The notes below the pieces were generated by a model that saw nothing but the letters and a program-made list of their open reading frames with translations, did not search any database and had not been told where the DNA came from. Shown piece after piece: positions 18,773 through 28,294 of a stretch of DNA of 64,000 bases (positions are counted from its first letter, which is position 1; each line of letters begins with the position of its first letter). The stretch covers positions 23,206 to 87,205 of the forward strand of contig JAPWTX010000002.1 in the NCBI GenBank assembly GCA_028275825.1, read 5' to 3'. The position numbers and the translations under genes were made by a program. The DNA comes from Ignisphaera sp. Its GTDB lineage: Archaea > Thermoproteota > Thermoprotei_A > Sulfolobales > Ignisphaeraceae.

Positions 18773-19087
18773 GGGGTTCGGGTTTCATAGGGTTTGACAT
18801 TGTTTGGTGTCAAGCCCTCTACCCTTGGCTTCACAGCCCTCAGAACCCCTTTCATCGGGGTTCATATCACAGGGCTCCGCCCGCTCGGGGTGACCCCTGC
18901 CCACAGCTCCCCCTCCACCATTTTCTCCGGGTCACTGCTGTAGGGTAACCCCCGCATCCTGGCTCCTCCTCAAACCCACCTCTCTTGGGTCTTCGCGATA
19001 CACCCGCATCTCGAGGCATCTCCCCAATAGGGGAAGTATCAACAAACCTTATAAACCTATATGAAACTAGAAACAGCTACGAAGGGC
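18773..19087 (-). mobile_element. Non-coding repeat family F6, copy a
   Basis: Direct match to 50490-50793 over about 300 bp; left end GCCCTTCGTAGCTGTTTCTAG shared with F5. Confidence 0.88.
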
Positions 19088-20278
19088 GTTTACTATTCCG
19101 TAGCCGTAGAGCGGGTCGTAGCTCTGTGGACCAAGGTCTATAGCTGTTGATGCTATTACCCCCTTCACCTCGCTTGGTGTAAGCTTTCTCAAGTGAGCCG
19201 CTAGCCTCAGAGCTTGTATCAGGGCTGCCGTAGCCGATACGTGTGGGCATGCCATGCTAGTCCCACTCATGTATGCATATTTACCTCCTGGATACGTCGA
19301 TAGTATGTTTACACCGGGTGCGACAACAGTTGGGTTTTTATTGCTCCAGCTAGGCACGTTTCCACTGCTATCAATTGCTCCAACTGCTATTACCTCTGGG
19401 TAGCAGGCTGGGCACGAAGGTGATGAGGCACCCTCGTTACCTGCTGCAGCAACCAGTGTAACACTATAGTTATAGGCATACTCAACAGCGTTGTGTAGCG
19501 TCTGGGAGTCTGGTCCGCCAAGGGACATCGAGATGACGTCAGCATCGTCATCTGTCCCCGGCTTACCGTCAGGACCCTTTGTAGCTTCTATAATACCCTT
19601 CGCAACATCGCTTACATAGCCATTTCCACCAGCGCTAAGAACCTTAACTGTGTAGAGAACAGCCTTCGGAGCTACCCCAGCAACACCAAATCCATTGAGC
19701 CTAGCAGCTATTATTCCAGCAACATGCGTTCCATGACCGTTCCTATCATCGCACTTGCTGAGGTCTGTACCCCTATAGAATGTCTTGCCATTGTTTAACG
19801 AGACTATGCAGTAGGATACAGCTCCCTGAAGGTCAGGGTGCTTATAGTCAATACCTGTATCAAGGACAGCAACCCTGATGGTTACCTGATACCCGTAGGC
19901 GGCATCACCATAACTAACATTATATGTTGTCCAAACATCTGGAGCATAAATCATCTCTACGTTCCACTGAACCTCTTGCAACGCCTTAACCTCCTCATCA
20001 TCCTCAACATATGCAACGAATGGGAGGTTCTTCAACTTATCAACAACTTGTTTAGGCACCTCAACAACGACAGCCCTTATCTCAGGAATCTCAGAGACGA
20101 GGCTGCAGCTCACACACTGCATTCTAAGCTTCTCAATGTCTCTGTAGTCCTTCAAGCCTATGATTATCCTGACCATCTCTATAGGCGTGCTCTGAACAAT
20201 TGTTGCTGATGCAACTAGCGATGCAACAACTAGCACTACCACTACAACAGTTAGAGCCTTTAGAGCAGCATCCATCAA
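19067..20278 (-). CDS. Subtilisin-like serine protease (S8) with propeptide; last 6 codons and stop supplied by F6a
   Basis: VLDTGID (Asp), HGTHVAG (His), SGTSMACPH (Ser); signal peptide and I9-type prodomain. Confidence 0.95.
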   Translation of the reverse strand: MMDAALKALTVVVVVLVVASLVASATIVQSTPIEMVRIIIGLKDYRDIEKLRMQCVSCSLVSEIPEIRAVVVEVPKQVVDKLKNLPFVAYVEDDEEVKALQEVQWNVEMIYAPDVWTTYNVSYGDAAYGYQVTIRVAVLDTGIDYKHPDLQGAVSYCIVSLNNGKTFYRGTDLSKCDDRNGHGTHVAGIIAARLNGFGVAGVAPKAVLYTVKVLSAGGNGYVSDVAKGIIEATKGPDGKPGTDDDADVISMSLGGPDSQTLHNAVEYAYNYSVTLVAAAGNEGASSPSCPACYPEVIAVGAIDSSGNVPSWSNKNPTVVAPGVNILSTYPGGKYAYMSGTSMACPHVSATAALIQALRLAAHLRKLTPSEVKGVIASTAIDLGPQSYDPLYGYGIVNALRSCF

Positions 20279-20777
20279 ACCTCACCCACTCCCAAGCAGC
20301 CTTATGCTTAGAAGGTTTAAAGCCTTTCTTGAGCGATAAAGCCATGGTAAGAGCATGTGAATAGTTTAACAAGTATAGTTCTACAGAATATGTCTGTGTA
20401 GGTGCTCGTAGGTGGGAGTATAAACTGGGAAGGAGTCAACAAATCACATAGGGGAGGATATCTAGAGCCTTACAGCTCTGAAGCTAGGAGCAAGGATCAT
20501 GAAGCCTTTGAGAGGGTCACTTATTTTGAGGTTCTAAGGCTCTTTGAGTTCAGAAGCTACGAGGCTAGGTAAATTGTTAAGCTTCTGACGCTGGCAACAT
20601 TATCTCGGCTCTTTATCTGAAGTGGGAATAGGTATAGGTTTGCTAATGTGTTGATATCCATAGGCACAGTCAGCAGTATACATTGCTGATGAAAAATGTT
20701 AAGTATGTGTATCCCTGCTGTCTCCTGTATAAAGATATAAATTCTTTGAAATTTTATATCTAAGCCTGTGTATCGCT

Positions 20778-21725
20778 ATGCCTAGTAAGTTTCTACGCGA
20801 TCCGATGTTAGTTGCATCTATCGCTATTATCGTTTCCTCTATCCTATACCTAGTCTTCAGCTTCTTGCCTCGTCCAGCAGTTTCTGTAGGTATCAATGTT
20901 CTAGAAGAGTATGTTAAGGCTGTTACACACCTCAACAAATCTTCTACAGCTATTGCAAAAAGGCTTGCAGGTTTTGTTGCCGATCCTGGTGTAAGCATTG
21001 GGGAGACCTATGTTAACAGGGATAGGATAAGGATTTATCTAGCGAATATAACGTCTATCTATGGATCGCAGGAAACTTTCTTCGCTAAGGTAGCCTCTAA
21101 TTACCTCCTAATTGCAGATGCATCTATAGATACTCTACAAGCTCTGCAAATTGCTAACAGAAGTGTAGATACGCTTAAAGAGGCTTTGAGCTTGCTAGCA
21201 ATGTGTAGAGTTGATGATGCTTTGAATAGGTTTAGCGTTGTTGAAGAAGATGTTACTAAAGCTATAGAAAATCTTTCACAAGCTCTAGACAACTTGCAGA
21301 AGATTAACACAAGCCTAATCGCGGAAAACCATGTACCAGCTGTTAACATGTCTAGGAGAAGAATTGAATCATCGTTAAACTCTCTGCTCAACGCCTACAT
21401 ACTTATGAAGATAGCTGAGATGTATAGAGATGAGATGGAAACTCTATGCACAAACACAACAACACTACCTATACAAACACTTCAACAACTAGAAAACGAA
21501 ATTAAAAACGTAAAATCTATAGGACCTCTCTCACCAGATATCAGCAATACCCAAAACACATTAATAACTCTTATAAATAAAGCTATACAACAACAGCAAG
21601 GACAAGGAGGAGGTAGAGAATCTTGTCCATGCAGTAGCCAGCATGGTGGACAGGGACAGGTGGGGCAGCATAGTGAGGGTCAGGGTGGTGGCGCTGGCTA
21701 CGCTCCTCCAGAATCAGATGATTAG
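20778..21725 (+). CDS. Membrane-anchored helical protein with Q/G-rich acidic tail (vWA operon)
   Basis: N-terminal TM, helical repeats, QQQQGQGGG...PPESDD tail. Confidence 0.8.
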   Translation: MPSKFLRDPMLVASIAIIVSSILYLVFSFLPRPAVSVGINVLEEYVKAVTHLNKSSTAIAKRLAGFVADPGVSIGETYVNRDRIRIYLANITSIYGSQETFFAKVASNYLLIADASIDTLQALQIANRSVDTLKEALSLLAMCRVDDALNRFSVVEEDVTKAIENLSQALDNLQKINTSLIAENHVPAVNMSRRRIESSLNSLLNAYILMKIAEMYRDEMETLCTNTTTLPIQTLQQLENEIKNVKSIGPLSPDISNTQNTLITLINKAIQQQQGQGGGRESCPCSSQHGGQGQVGQHSEGQGGGAGYAPPESDD

Positions 21726-22662
21726 CATAGGTTTTGACAACCCCTATATGCTCCTCTTAATCCCTGTGACCCTGCCAATACTGGCAGTTCTCTTTTTGAA
21801 GAGCAGTAAAAGATTTAAAACCCTCTCGCTAAGACTTGGCTCGATAAGCAGGTCTAGATTCATAGTTATCACAGCTATTGTAAAAATCTTGATACCTATA
21901 CTCATAGCTTTAACGGCTTCGCAACCATACATAGTTAGCTATACTACAGTGAATGTAACTATAGATAATGTTCTCGATGTTAATACTACAAGTGCTAGGA
22001 TAGCTATACTACTCGATATCTCTCGTAGTATGGGATACAGCGAATTATCGTCAACAAGGTTCTCTACAGCTCTAGGTATAGTTGAGAATATCGTGGGTCT
22101 AGCTATAGAGAGAAAGGATATCGTCGATATACACATCTTTAGTGATACAGTGAAACCTCTATGCCTAGGTATAAACAATGAGAGCTACGCTAGAGAATGT
22201 ATAGAGAGGCTTAGAGGTGTTGATCTAGAGAGGTTTTCAGCAATTGGAGATGCACTAATGTTTGGATACTCAGTAGCGAAAGCATCTGCAATACCGATTG
22301 CAGTTGTTGTTGTAACTGATGGTGCTATAAACTATGGTTCTCCAGTAGAAGATGCTGTAGATACAGTTGCGAACAGCGGTATCGCAGTAGTTATCATTAT
22401 TATTGGTAATGATCCAAGGTCTCTAGATCTCGAGAAGTTGTGCAGGGACAGAGGGTTACCTGTGTTTAGGGTTGGTTATTTAGGAGATGAAGAAGCTGTT
22501 AAATATGTTAGTGTGAGACTCTATGCAAAAACTAAGTTGGAGGCTCTTAAAGTATCTGGAAATCTAAACATTGTTATCCCAGTAAAAGACTACACAATAC
22601 AACTATACCTGTTAATAACGATGGTATCTCTAATAGTAGTATCTATGGTTGAGGGTATATGA
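21718..22662 (+). CDS. vWA domain membrane protein (BatA-like); probable start ATG 21718
   Basis: FDNPY N-terminus with two TMs, MIDAS DISRS...VVTDG, C-terminal TM. Confidence 0.88.
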   Translation: MISIGFDNPYMLLLIPVTLPILAVLFLKSSKRFKTLSLRLGSISRSRFIVITAIVKILIPILIALTASQPYIVSYTTVNVTIDNVLDVNTTSARIAILLDISRSMGYSELSSTRFSTALGIVENIVGLAIERKDIVDIHIFSDTVKPLCLGINNESYARECIERLRGVDLERFSAIGDALMFGYSVAKASAIPIAVVVVTDGAINYGSPVEDAVDTVANSGIAVVIIIIGNDPRSLDLEKLCRDRGLPVFRVGYLGDEEAVKYVSVRLYAKTKLEALKVSGNLNIVIPVKDYTIQLYLLITMVSLIVVSMVEGI

Positions 22663-23636
22663 TGACATTTAGAAATACCCTAGCATTCATAATCACTTTC
22701 CCGATTCTAGCAGCAGTTGTTATTTTTCTCCATATCTACTACCCAATGCTCTACTCTAAGTGGTATAGATTTAGACATAGCTTAGCGTCTGTTGCTCTAA
22801 AGAAGATTCAGGGGAGTGGTAGCAGGGGTAGGAGGTTGCTGAGTCTAGTCCTAAAGCTAGCTATAGTGTTTCTGATAGCCTTAGCATTTGCACAGCCCTA
22901 CATAGTTTCGGAGCAGGTGGTATACGTAGAGTCTAAACAACTTTCAGAGCTGAGGTTTGAAACAAAACCAGCTATGGTTGTAATCCTCGATACATCTGGT
23001 AGCATGGCTGGGGAGAAGATAGAGACAGCTAAAAAAGTTATCAAAGACTTTATCGAGAACCTAAACGTATCTATAGATATAGGGTTCATAGATTTCGACC
23101 ACAGTGTTAAACAAGCTATTGCACCTACAGATGACTGGGGAAAAGTTGTAGAAGCTGTTGAGAAAGCTCAAGCCCTTGGAGGGACGATGTATAGCTACCC
23201 ACTTAAAGTAGCTCTCAACTGGTTAACACCTTATAGAGAGATGAACATCTCTGTAGCAATAGTGTTCATTTCTGATGGTTTGCCAGCAGATATTAAGGAG
23301 TATAGAGAGCTCCTCAAGGAGTTCAAGGATAGAGGGATACCAATATACACTGTATTTATAGGCTTTGAGAATGAGGGTATAGAGGAGATGAAGATGATAG
23401 CTAATAAGACAGGGGGCAAAAGTTTTGTAGCTCAAACAGCTCGCGAACTACCTGTAGCTCTTGGCGAAGCTCTTAGAGGAGCTGCTCAAACTATTCAAAA
23501 AGTCGAGGTAGAGGCAAAGATAATGAAAAGAGTAGAGGTCTACACACCACTTATAGGATACATGCTCATAGCAACACTAATGCTATACATTATACACAGA
23601 TTTATCGTCTATAGATTCTCTGGCGTAACCTTCTAG
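22659..23636 (+). CDS. vWA domain membrane protein (BatA/B-like)
   Basis: MIDAS DTSGS...GGT...ISDG; N- and C-terminal TMs. Confidence 0.92.
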   Translation: MMTFRNTLAFIITFPILAAVVIFLHIYYPMLYSKWYRFRHSLASVALKKIQGSGSRGRRLLSLVLKLAIVFLIALAFAQPYIVSEQVVYVESKQLSELRFETKPAMVVILDTSGSMAGEKIETAKKVIKDFIENLNVSIDIGFIDFDHSVKQAIAPTDDWGKVVEAVEKAQALGGTMYSYPLKVALNWLTPYREMNISVAIVFISDGLPADIKEYRELLKEFKDRGIPIYTVFIGFENEGIEEMKMIANKTGGKSFVAQTARELPVALGEALRGAAQTIQKVEVEAKIMKRVEVYTPLIGYMLIATLMLYIIHRFIVYRFSGVTF

Positions 23637-24597
23637 CAAACCTTGCAATAAAAGTGTATTCATAGGGTCTAAACCTATAGTGAATAACTGTAAACCCAGT
23701 AAATATTGTTAGGAAAGCCAGGGCTCTTAAAATATGCTCTAACCTAGGTTTAAGCATCAAGAGGTAGCTGTACCTCAATATGATATTCATTATGGGGTTG
23801 CGTAGGTATAGATCAACTGTTTTAAGTGTACTATAATCATTAAAACGGCTAGCATTAATTGCCTTCTCAACTACTTCGCCAATCGAAGTCAAATTCCCCG
23901 AGATAATAGGTGTAATCTTCAGATCTTTATCAAAACATAGCTCAACTACATGGGTATTTCCCTGCTGGGGTATTGACGTAGCATTGCATATGAATAGAGG
24001 CTCTATGAAGATGAAATTCCTTGTGGTTCCGTTAGGGAAACTTATTTTAACAACCATTCTACTCCATGGAAGCTCAATAACATTACACTTGTTGTAGATA
24101 TGAAGAGATTTTTGCTCAGCGTATCCAACTATCCTTGTGAACCCCTCATCGGTTACTATGGGGTGGTATTTCGAAAGATTCGATCTATCCAGCTCTTCCT
24201 TAATTATTCTCTGAAGTTCTAATGCTGCAACTGTGTTAACCTCGAGGATACGAATAGCAACACTACTATTTGTCAAATTCCCTACAGCAGAACCATATAT
24301 ATTGAAAGTAAGTCTTCTATCTCTAATCTCCTGATAGTATAGATCGCTTAACGATTGATAAGGTTGCTGTAATCCCCCAGGCATAGAACTGAAGCTAACA
24401 TCGTAGATATAGAGGAAGCACACCTTATTGTTCACTAAAGCTATTGCTAATGGGCCAGGGTTCTGCATTGAAATACTCTGCCCTCGATCACCTGACGATA
24501 TTACTATAGGTTTCATAGCTCCGTATACAAGGACCCCGAGTAATATTAGCACTGATATGGTTAGTGTTATGAGTAGTGCTCGAAACATTTTCACCAC
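23602..24597 (-). CDS. Hypothetical membrane-anchored extracellular protein
   Basis: 331 aa, N- and C-terminal TMs, sequons; last gene of the MoxR-ABC operon. Confidence 0.75.
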   Translation of the reverse strand: MVKMFRALLITLTISVLILLGVLVYGAMKPIVISSGDRGQSISMQNPGPLAIALVNNKVCFLYIYDVSFSSMPGGLQQPYQSLSDLYYQEIRDRRLTFNIYGSAVGNLTNSSVAIRILEVNTVAALELQRIIKEELDRSNLSKYHPIVTDEGFTRIVGYAEQKSLHIYNKCNVIELPWSRMVVKISFPNGTTRNFIFIEPLFICNATSIPQQGNTHVVELCFDKDLKITPIISGNLTSIGEVVEKAINASRFNDYSTLKTVDLYLRNPIMNIILRYSYLLMLKPRLEHILRALAFLTIFTGFTVIHYRFRPYEYTFIARFARRLRQRIYRR

Positions 24598-24603
24598 CTA
24601 GAG

Positions 24604-25386
24604 CTAGAGGTCTTTCTTCTTAAACAATACAAAAGTGAGCGTTATAATTGCTATTGATAGTGCTAGTGATGCTAATGTGTTTAGTGTTGGGTTTGCTAAT
24701 TTAGATAAATTACCTTGAAGAGGGTAGGAAATGTTTTGGTAGTTTACATAGAGAAGGTTGTAGGTATAAGGAGTCATCAAGCCTAGTACTATAGTGAATA
24801 CGTAGAAAATCTGCGTATAAACAGGGTGTGAGGTGTTCATATAGCCTGAGAACGCTATTGATAGTGAGAGTGGTAGGAGTATTGGTAGCGCTGCACCTAT
24901 TGTTGTTGCTATTCCTTCTCTTCCTCTGCTAGCGAAGAACAGTGTTATCGATGCTATGAATAGTAGGTCTGGTACTAGATGGATAAGGGGTTTAAGTAGT
25001 TCACCAGATATTACCAGATTAGGTGCTGCGATAGTGAATGTTACTATGTATGAGGAGACTAGGATTAGTGTTGGTGTAAACCACGACGCTAACAACATGC
25101 TTAACACATACTCTGACCTTGTTAATGTGTGCGCTAGGTATAGTTGGATCTCTCCTGATGTAATCTCTCTAGCAATTCTAGAGATTTGAAGCGCTATCAA
25201 GATTTTAAATATTATTGAAACTATTGTTAACTGCCCAGATATCCATACATCGATGGGTGTTCCATAGCCTGGGAAAAGAAGCATCAACGATGTTATGATG
25301 CTCATAACAATGATGGTTATCGTATACGCTAGTAGCCTTCTATTCACTGCATAAGTTGTATGCTCAAACACTTTCCTGAGATCCAC
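24604..25386 (-). CDS. ABC-2 type permease
   Basis: Six hydrophobic segments; follows an ABC ATPase. Confidence 0.8.
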   Translation of the reverse strand: MDLRKVFEHTTYAVNRRLLAYTITIIVMSIITSLMLLFPGYGTPIDVWISGQLTIVSIIFKILIALQISRIAREITSGEIQLYLAHTLTRSEYVLSMLLASWFTPTLILVSSYIVTFTIAAPNLVISGELLKPLIHLVPDLLFIASITLFFASRGREGIATTIGAALPILLPLSLSIAFSGYMNTSHPVYTQIFYVFTIVLGLMTPYTYNLLYVNYQNISYPLQGNLSKLANPTLNTLASLALSIAIITLTFVLFKKKDL

Positions 25387-26284
25387 TCTTCACCACCTTC
25401 TCGTATAGATCACCAAGGCTAGCTGTTTTGAATGTGTAGCTCTTTATCAAGCCACTCAACTCTGTCAACAAATTTTCAAAAGATTTGTAGTGCTCTGGAT
25501 CTATAGAGACCTCTAAACTGTTGCTAACTTTCTTAACGTAGTGAACATAGGATTTATCTATAAGTATCCTGGCAGCAGCTTCAACATCTACAGTCTTGAT
25601 TATGAATATGGCTTCTATCTCATACTTTCTCCACAAATCGTTTAAATAGCCATACTCAAGCGCAATACCACTATTTATAATCACTGCATAGTTTGCTATT
25701 TCCTGAAGCTCTGGGATTATGTGAGAAGATATTATCATTGATACCTTGAGCTCCTTGTGTAGAGTCTTCAAAAGCTCTATGATCTCCCTCCTCGCTGAGG
25801 GATCTAGGTTTGCTGTTGGTTCGTCGAGGATCAATAGCTCTGGGTCTCCTAGGAGGCTCTGCGCAATTCCAACCCTCTGTATGTAGCCTCTAGACAGGGT
25901 GCCTATCTTTCTATCGGCAAGGTTTTCAAGACCAACAAGCCTTATAACTCTATTAACATCTATTTTGCTAAGTCTCTTAAGCTTTGCTAAGTGGTTCAAG
26001 AAATTCTCTACAGCTATATCCATTGGATATACAGGTCTCTCTGGTAGATACCCAATCCTACTCCTAACACCCTCACTCCTCCATGGCTCCTCACCCCACA
26101 CAAACACTACACCCTTAGTTGGCTTTAGGAACCCCATTACAAGCTTCATAGAGGTTGTCTTCCCAGCACCGTTAGGCCCTAGAAAAGCTGTTACAGTTTT
26201 TTCAGGAATTGTAAATGAGATGTTCTTCAGAGCCTCTACTTTCCCAAACTTTTTGCTAACCTCTCTAAACTCTACCATTGTCAC
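25364..26284 (-). CDS. ABC transporter ATP-binding protein
   Basis: GPNGAGKTT, LSRGY signature, LDEPTANLD, SSH. Confidence 0.95.
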   Translation of the reverse strand: MTMVEFREVSKKFGKVEALKNISFTIPEKTVTAFLGPNGAGKTTSMKLVMGFLKPTKGVVFVWGEEPWRSEGVRSRIGYLPERPVYPMDIAVENFLNHLAKLKRLSKIDVNRVIRLVGLENLADRKIGTLSRGYIQRVGIAQSLLGDPELLILDEPTANLDPSARREIIELLKTLHKELKVSMIISSHIIPELQEIANYAVIINSGIALEYGYLNDLWRKYEIEAIFIIKTVDVEAAARILIDKSYVHYVKKVSNSLEVSIDPEHYKSFENLLTELSGLIKSYTFKTASLGDLYEKVVKSGSQESV

Positions 26285-27369
26285 TACCTACCACCCCTAG
26301 CAACCTTCTTAGCCATCTCAAGACCTTCAGATATAACTGCTATCCTAACTTTAAAACCTCCACCGAGCTCCATAACTGTCTCTAGGTTTGGTAGAACTCT
26401 GTGGTTAAGAACATAGAAAACAGCAGTATCTATATCCTCAATAGCTACAGCTTCAGATCCCCTTATAGCTGCTAAAGCTTTTGCTAGCCTCATAAGGGCT
26501 ATTGAAGCTCTTGGGCTTGAACCAAGCTCAAAGTATCTAGATATAGATTCGAAGATCTCTGGTCTTGTAGCTCTGATCAGAGAGACTATGTAGTTAATTA
26601 CATAGCTATCAACTTTAACGTTTTTAGCTATGTATTCCTGAGTTACTACAACCCAGACTGGGTCAACAACTTTCTCTATATCTTCAATAGGTTCTGTAAA
26701 TCTAGTCATGTGTAGCTCTAGTATTCTCCTTTCCTCTTCCAAGCTCTTTGGATATCCCATGATAATCCTAACCATGAACCTATCTAGCTGTGCTTCTGGA
26801 AGAGGATATGTACCTTCCTGTTCAATAGGATTCTGAGTAGCAAGAACGAAGAAGAACTTCCCCTTATCCCTAACCTCCAGAGGATATGTAGTTCCACCTA
26901 TAGTAACCTCTCTCTCCTGCATAGCTTGGAGAAGAGCTGACTGAGTTCTTGGAACAGCTCTGTTAATCTCATCAGCAAGAACTATATACGCGAAGACAGG
27001 TCCAAACCTAACCTCAAACTCTCTCGAAGTCATGTTGAACACTAGGGAGCCCACGATATCGGATGGCATTAGGTCTGGAGTGAGCTGTATTCTCGAGAAA
27101 CCTTTGTATGGAACACCGTTGATCTCAACAACACTTTTCTCAGATAAACCAAGTGTTCTAGCAAGAGCTTTTACAAGAGTTGTCTTAGCTATCCCAGGAA
27201 CACCCTCTAGCAGAATGTGCCCATTTGCCAATAGAGATGCTAAGATTATTCTCTTCTCAACTTCGTAACCAACAACAGCTCTATCAAGTTGCTTATGTAT
27301 CTCCTGAACAACACCCCTGATAGAGTCTATATCGATTCTTGGAGTAGTCAAAGAGGCACCTCTACGCAT
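26284..27369 (-). CDS. moxR: MoxR-family AAA+ ATPase
   Basis: EGVPGIAKT, RIQLTPDLMPSD, DEINRA, ATQNPIEQEGTYPLPEAQLDRF. Confidence 0.96.
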   Translation of the reverse strand: MRRGASLTTPRIDIDSIRGVVQEIHKQLDRAVVGYEVEKRIILASLLANGHILLEGVPGIAKTTLVKALARTLGLSEKSVVEINGVPYKGFSRIQLTPDLMPSDIVGSLVFNMTSREFEVRFGPVFAYIVLADEINRAVPRTQSALLQAMQEREVTIGGTTYPLEVRDKGKFFFVLATQNPIEQEGTYPLPEAQLDRFMVRIIMGYPKSLEEERRILELHMTRFTEPIEDIEKVVDPVWVVVTQEYIAKNVKVDSYVINYIVSLIRATRPEIFESISRYFELGSSPRASIALMRLAKALAAIRGSEAVAIEDIDTAVFYVLNHRVLPNLETVMELGGGFKVRIAVISEGLEMAKKVARGGR

Positions 27370-27424
27370 AGGTTCTCCAGAACATCAAGGTATTAAACCT
27401 TTATCCTGTAATATCTATATAGAG

Positions 27425-28294
27425 GTGGCGTGGATAGATATGCAGAGAAGGTTTTTCAGTTTAGACGAGATTAGGGATGCCATGGTCATAGATTCGGAGG
27501 GTTTTATCTACGGCTATGTGAAGGATCTACAAGTTCTTGAAGAAGATGTTGGATTAGCTGTATACATATCCTCTAGAGTTAATGAACCTGTAGTAGATGT
27601 TGAGAAACTGCAGTCTATACTCTCTAGTAGAGCTAGTCTTAGAGGTGATGAACCTCTAGAGCTACTTGTATCTCTCGCTAGAAGAGATGGTCTCGATATA
27701 CCGTATAAAGTTGCTGAGAAAGAAGTTAAATGGTTAAAAGGCTTCGTACCTGTTTCAGAGATCCAGCTAATAGATATCAAGAGAACCTCTGTGGACAACA
27801 TCGATTCCCTCATTAAAGTAATTCTCCTCAAAACACCGAGAGAAGCTATATTTAGAGGATTGCCAGCCCGGGGTCCAAAACCTGTTTACAGAGTGGATCA
27901 GGTGCTTAATAAGATTATTGTGAGCATGTCTAGAGGTGTTCTAGGGATTGCTAAAGAAGTTGTTATTGGTGCTGGTGAGATTGGTTTCAGGGTTTACAGA
28001 GTTAGAAGTTTTAAGAAGGTTGTCAACTGGATTGCATTTACAGCCCAGGTGAAGAGGCTCGGTTTTAAAGAGGCTTATGAGAGACTTGTAGAGTTTAGAG
28101 ATCCTTACAGATTCAGTAAGCTAGATGTATCTATTGCTAAAGATGTTGAGGAGGTTTTGAAAGATCTGAAGGAGAAGGATAAAGTAGTAGTTCTTCTACA
28201 GGAGTTCGTAGGGGTTGAACCTGGGGCTATAGAGTTTGAAGATATTTCCTCTAGTGATGTTGTGAAGGTTGGGGATGTTGTCATATCTAAGTAG
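27425..28294 (+). CDS. Protein with two PRC-barrel-like units, each interrupted by a helical insert
   Basis: VIDSEGFIYGYVKDL and IVSMSRGVLGIAKEV starts; VPVSEIQLID and DISSSDVVKVGDVV ends. Confidence 0.65.
   Translation: MAWIDMQRRFFSLDEIRDAMVIDSEGFIYGYVKDLQVLEEDVGLAVYISSRVNEPVVDVEKLQSILSSRASLRGDEPLELLVSLARRDGLDIPYKVAEKEVKWLKGFVPVSEIQLIDIKRTSVDNIDSLIKVILLKTPREAIFRGLPARGPKPVYRVDQVLNKIIVSMSRGVLGIAKEVVIGAGEIGFRVYRVRSFKKVVNWIAFTAQVKRLGFKEAYERLVEFRDPYRFSKLDVSIAKDVEEVLKDLKEKDKVVVLLQEFVGVEPGAIEFEDISSSDVVKVGDVVISK

Noticed and set aside
20400-20700. Possible pseudogene fragments upstream of the subtilase
   Set aside because: Short broken frames with no family I can recognise
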